A DNA stretch of 63,228 bases, counting the filler, from Octopus bimaculoides (Eukaryota), in NCBI RefSeq assembly GCF_001194135.2. It is 4 parts of 4 records of this genome, joined end to end, with 100 filler letters (N's around TTAATTAATTAA, not from the genome) between each part and the next. Parts side by side here need not be neighbours in the genome. Positions count along the whole stretch, not along the records: positions 56,763 to 63,228 come from NC_068990.1; 3 more parts are not named here. One strand, written 5' to 3'. Shown piece by piece: positions 63,129 to 63,228 of the stretch. The position numbers and the translations under genes are program-made. The notes beneath the pieces were generated by a model, which saw nothing but the letters and a program-made list of their open reading frames with translations, did no database searches and was not told the origin of the DNA. The first letter of the stretch is position 1. Each line of letters opens with the position of its first letter.

Positions 63129-63220
63129 TAAAAATTTAAGGAATGGAGAAAACGCATGTTATAATTGCAATTATATATATGCAATTATAACATGCGTTTT
63201 CTCCATTCCTTAAATTTTTA
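63129..63220. repeat. Perfect 41-bp inverted repeat with a 10-nt loop next to (TA)n
   Basis: 63129-63169 is the exact reverse complement of 63180-63220. Confidence 0.9.
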
Positions 63221-63228
63221 TATATATA

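Overview
Eukaryotic, repeat-dense, gap-ridden draft sequence with about 18 N-gaps, most abutting (TA)n/(GA)n tracts. The SINE/LINE/microsatellite repertoire looks to me like an octopus (cephalopod) genome; this is inference from recalled repeat families, not a search. I recognise no host protein-coding exon, no true tRNA/rRNA gene and no CRISPR. Nearly all supplied ORFs are microsatellite or N-run artefacts. The window holds about 30 tRNA-derived SINEs of at least 4 families, fragments of RTE, RTE-BovB, CR1-like and Penelope-like retroelements, five 5'-truncated RLE (R4/Dong-like) non-LTR elements, an internally deleted mariner, a full-length Tc1 fossil with a nested 8-bp-TSD MITE, and several foldback elements. 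Most interesting: (1) three RLE retrotransposon copies each bounded by (CATA)n on both sides, suggesting a tetranucleotide-microsatellite-targeting family, next to two (TAA)n-embedded Dong-like copies; (2) sharp CpG-depleted versus CpG-retaining blocks, with a CpG-rich CCAAT/ETS/YY1 promoter candidate at about 56.5 kb; (3) a probable SINE-LINE partner pair sharing a 3' tail. Boundaries were read by eye and are approximate unless TSD/TIR positions are given.
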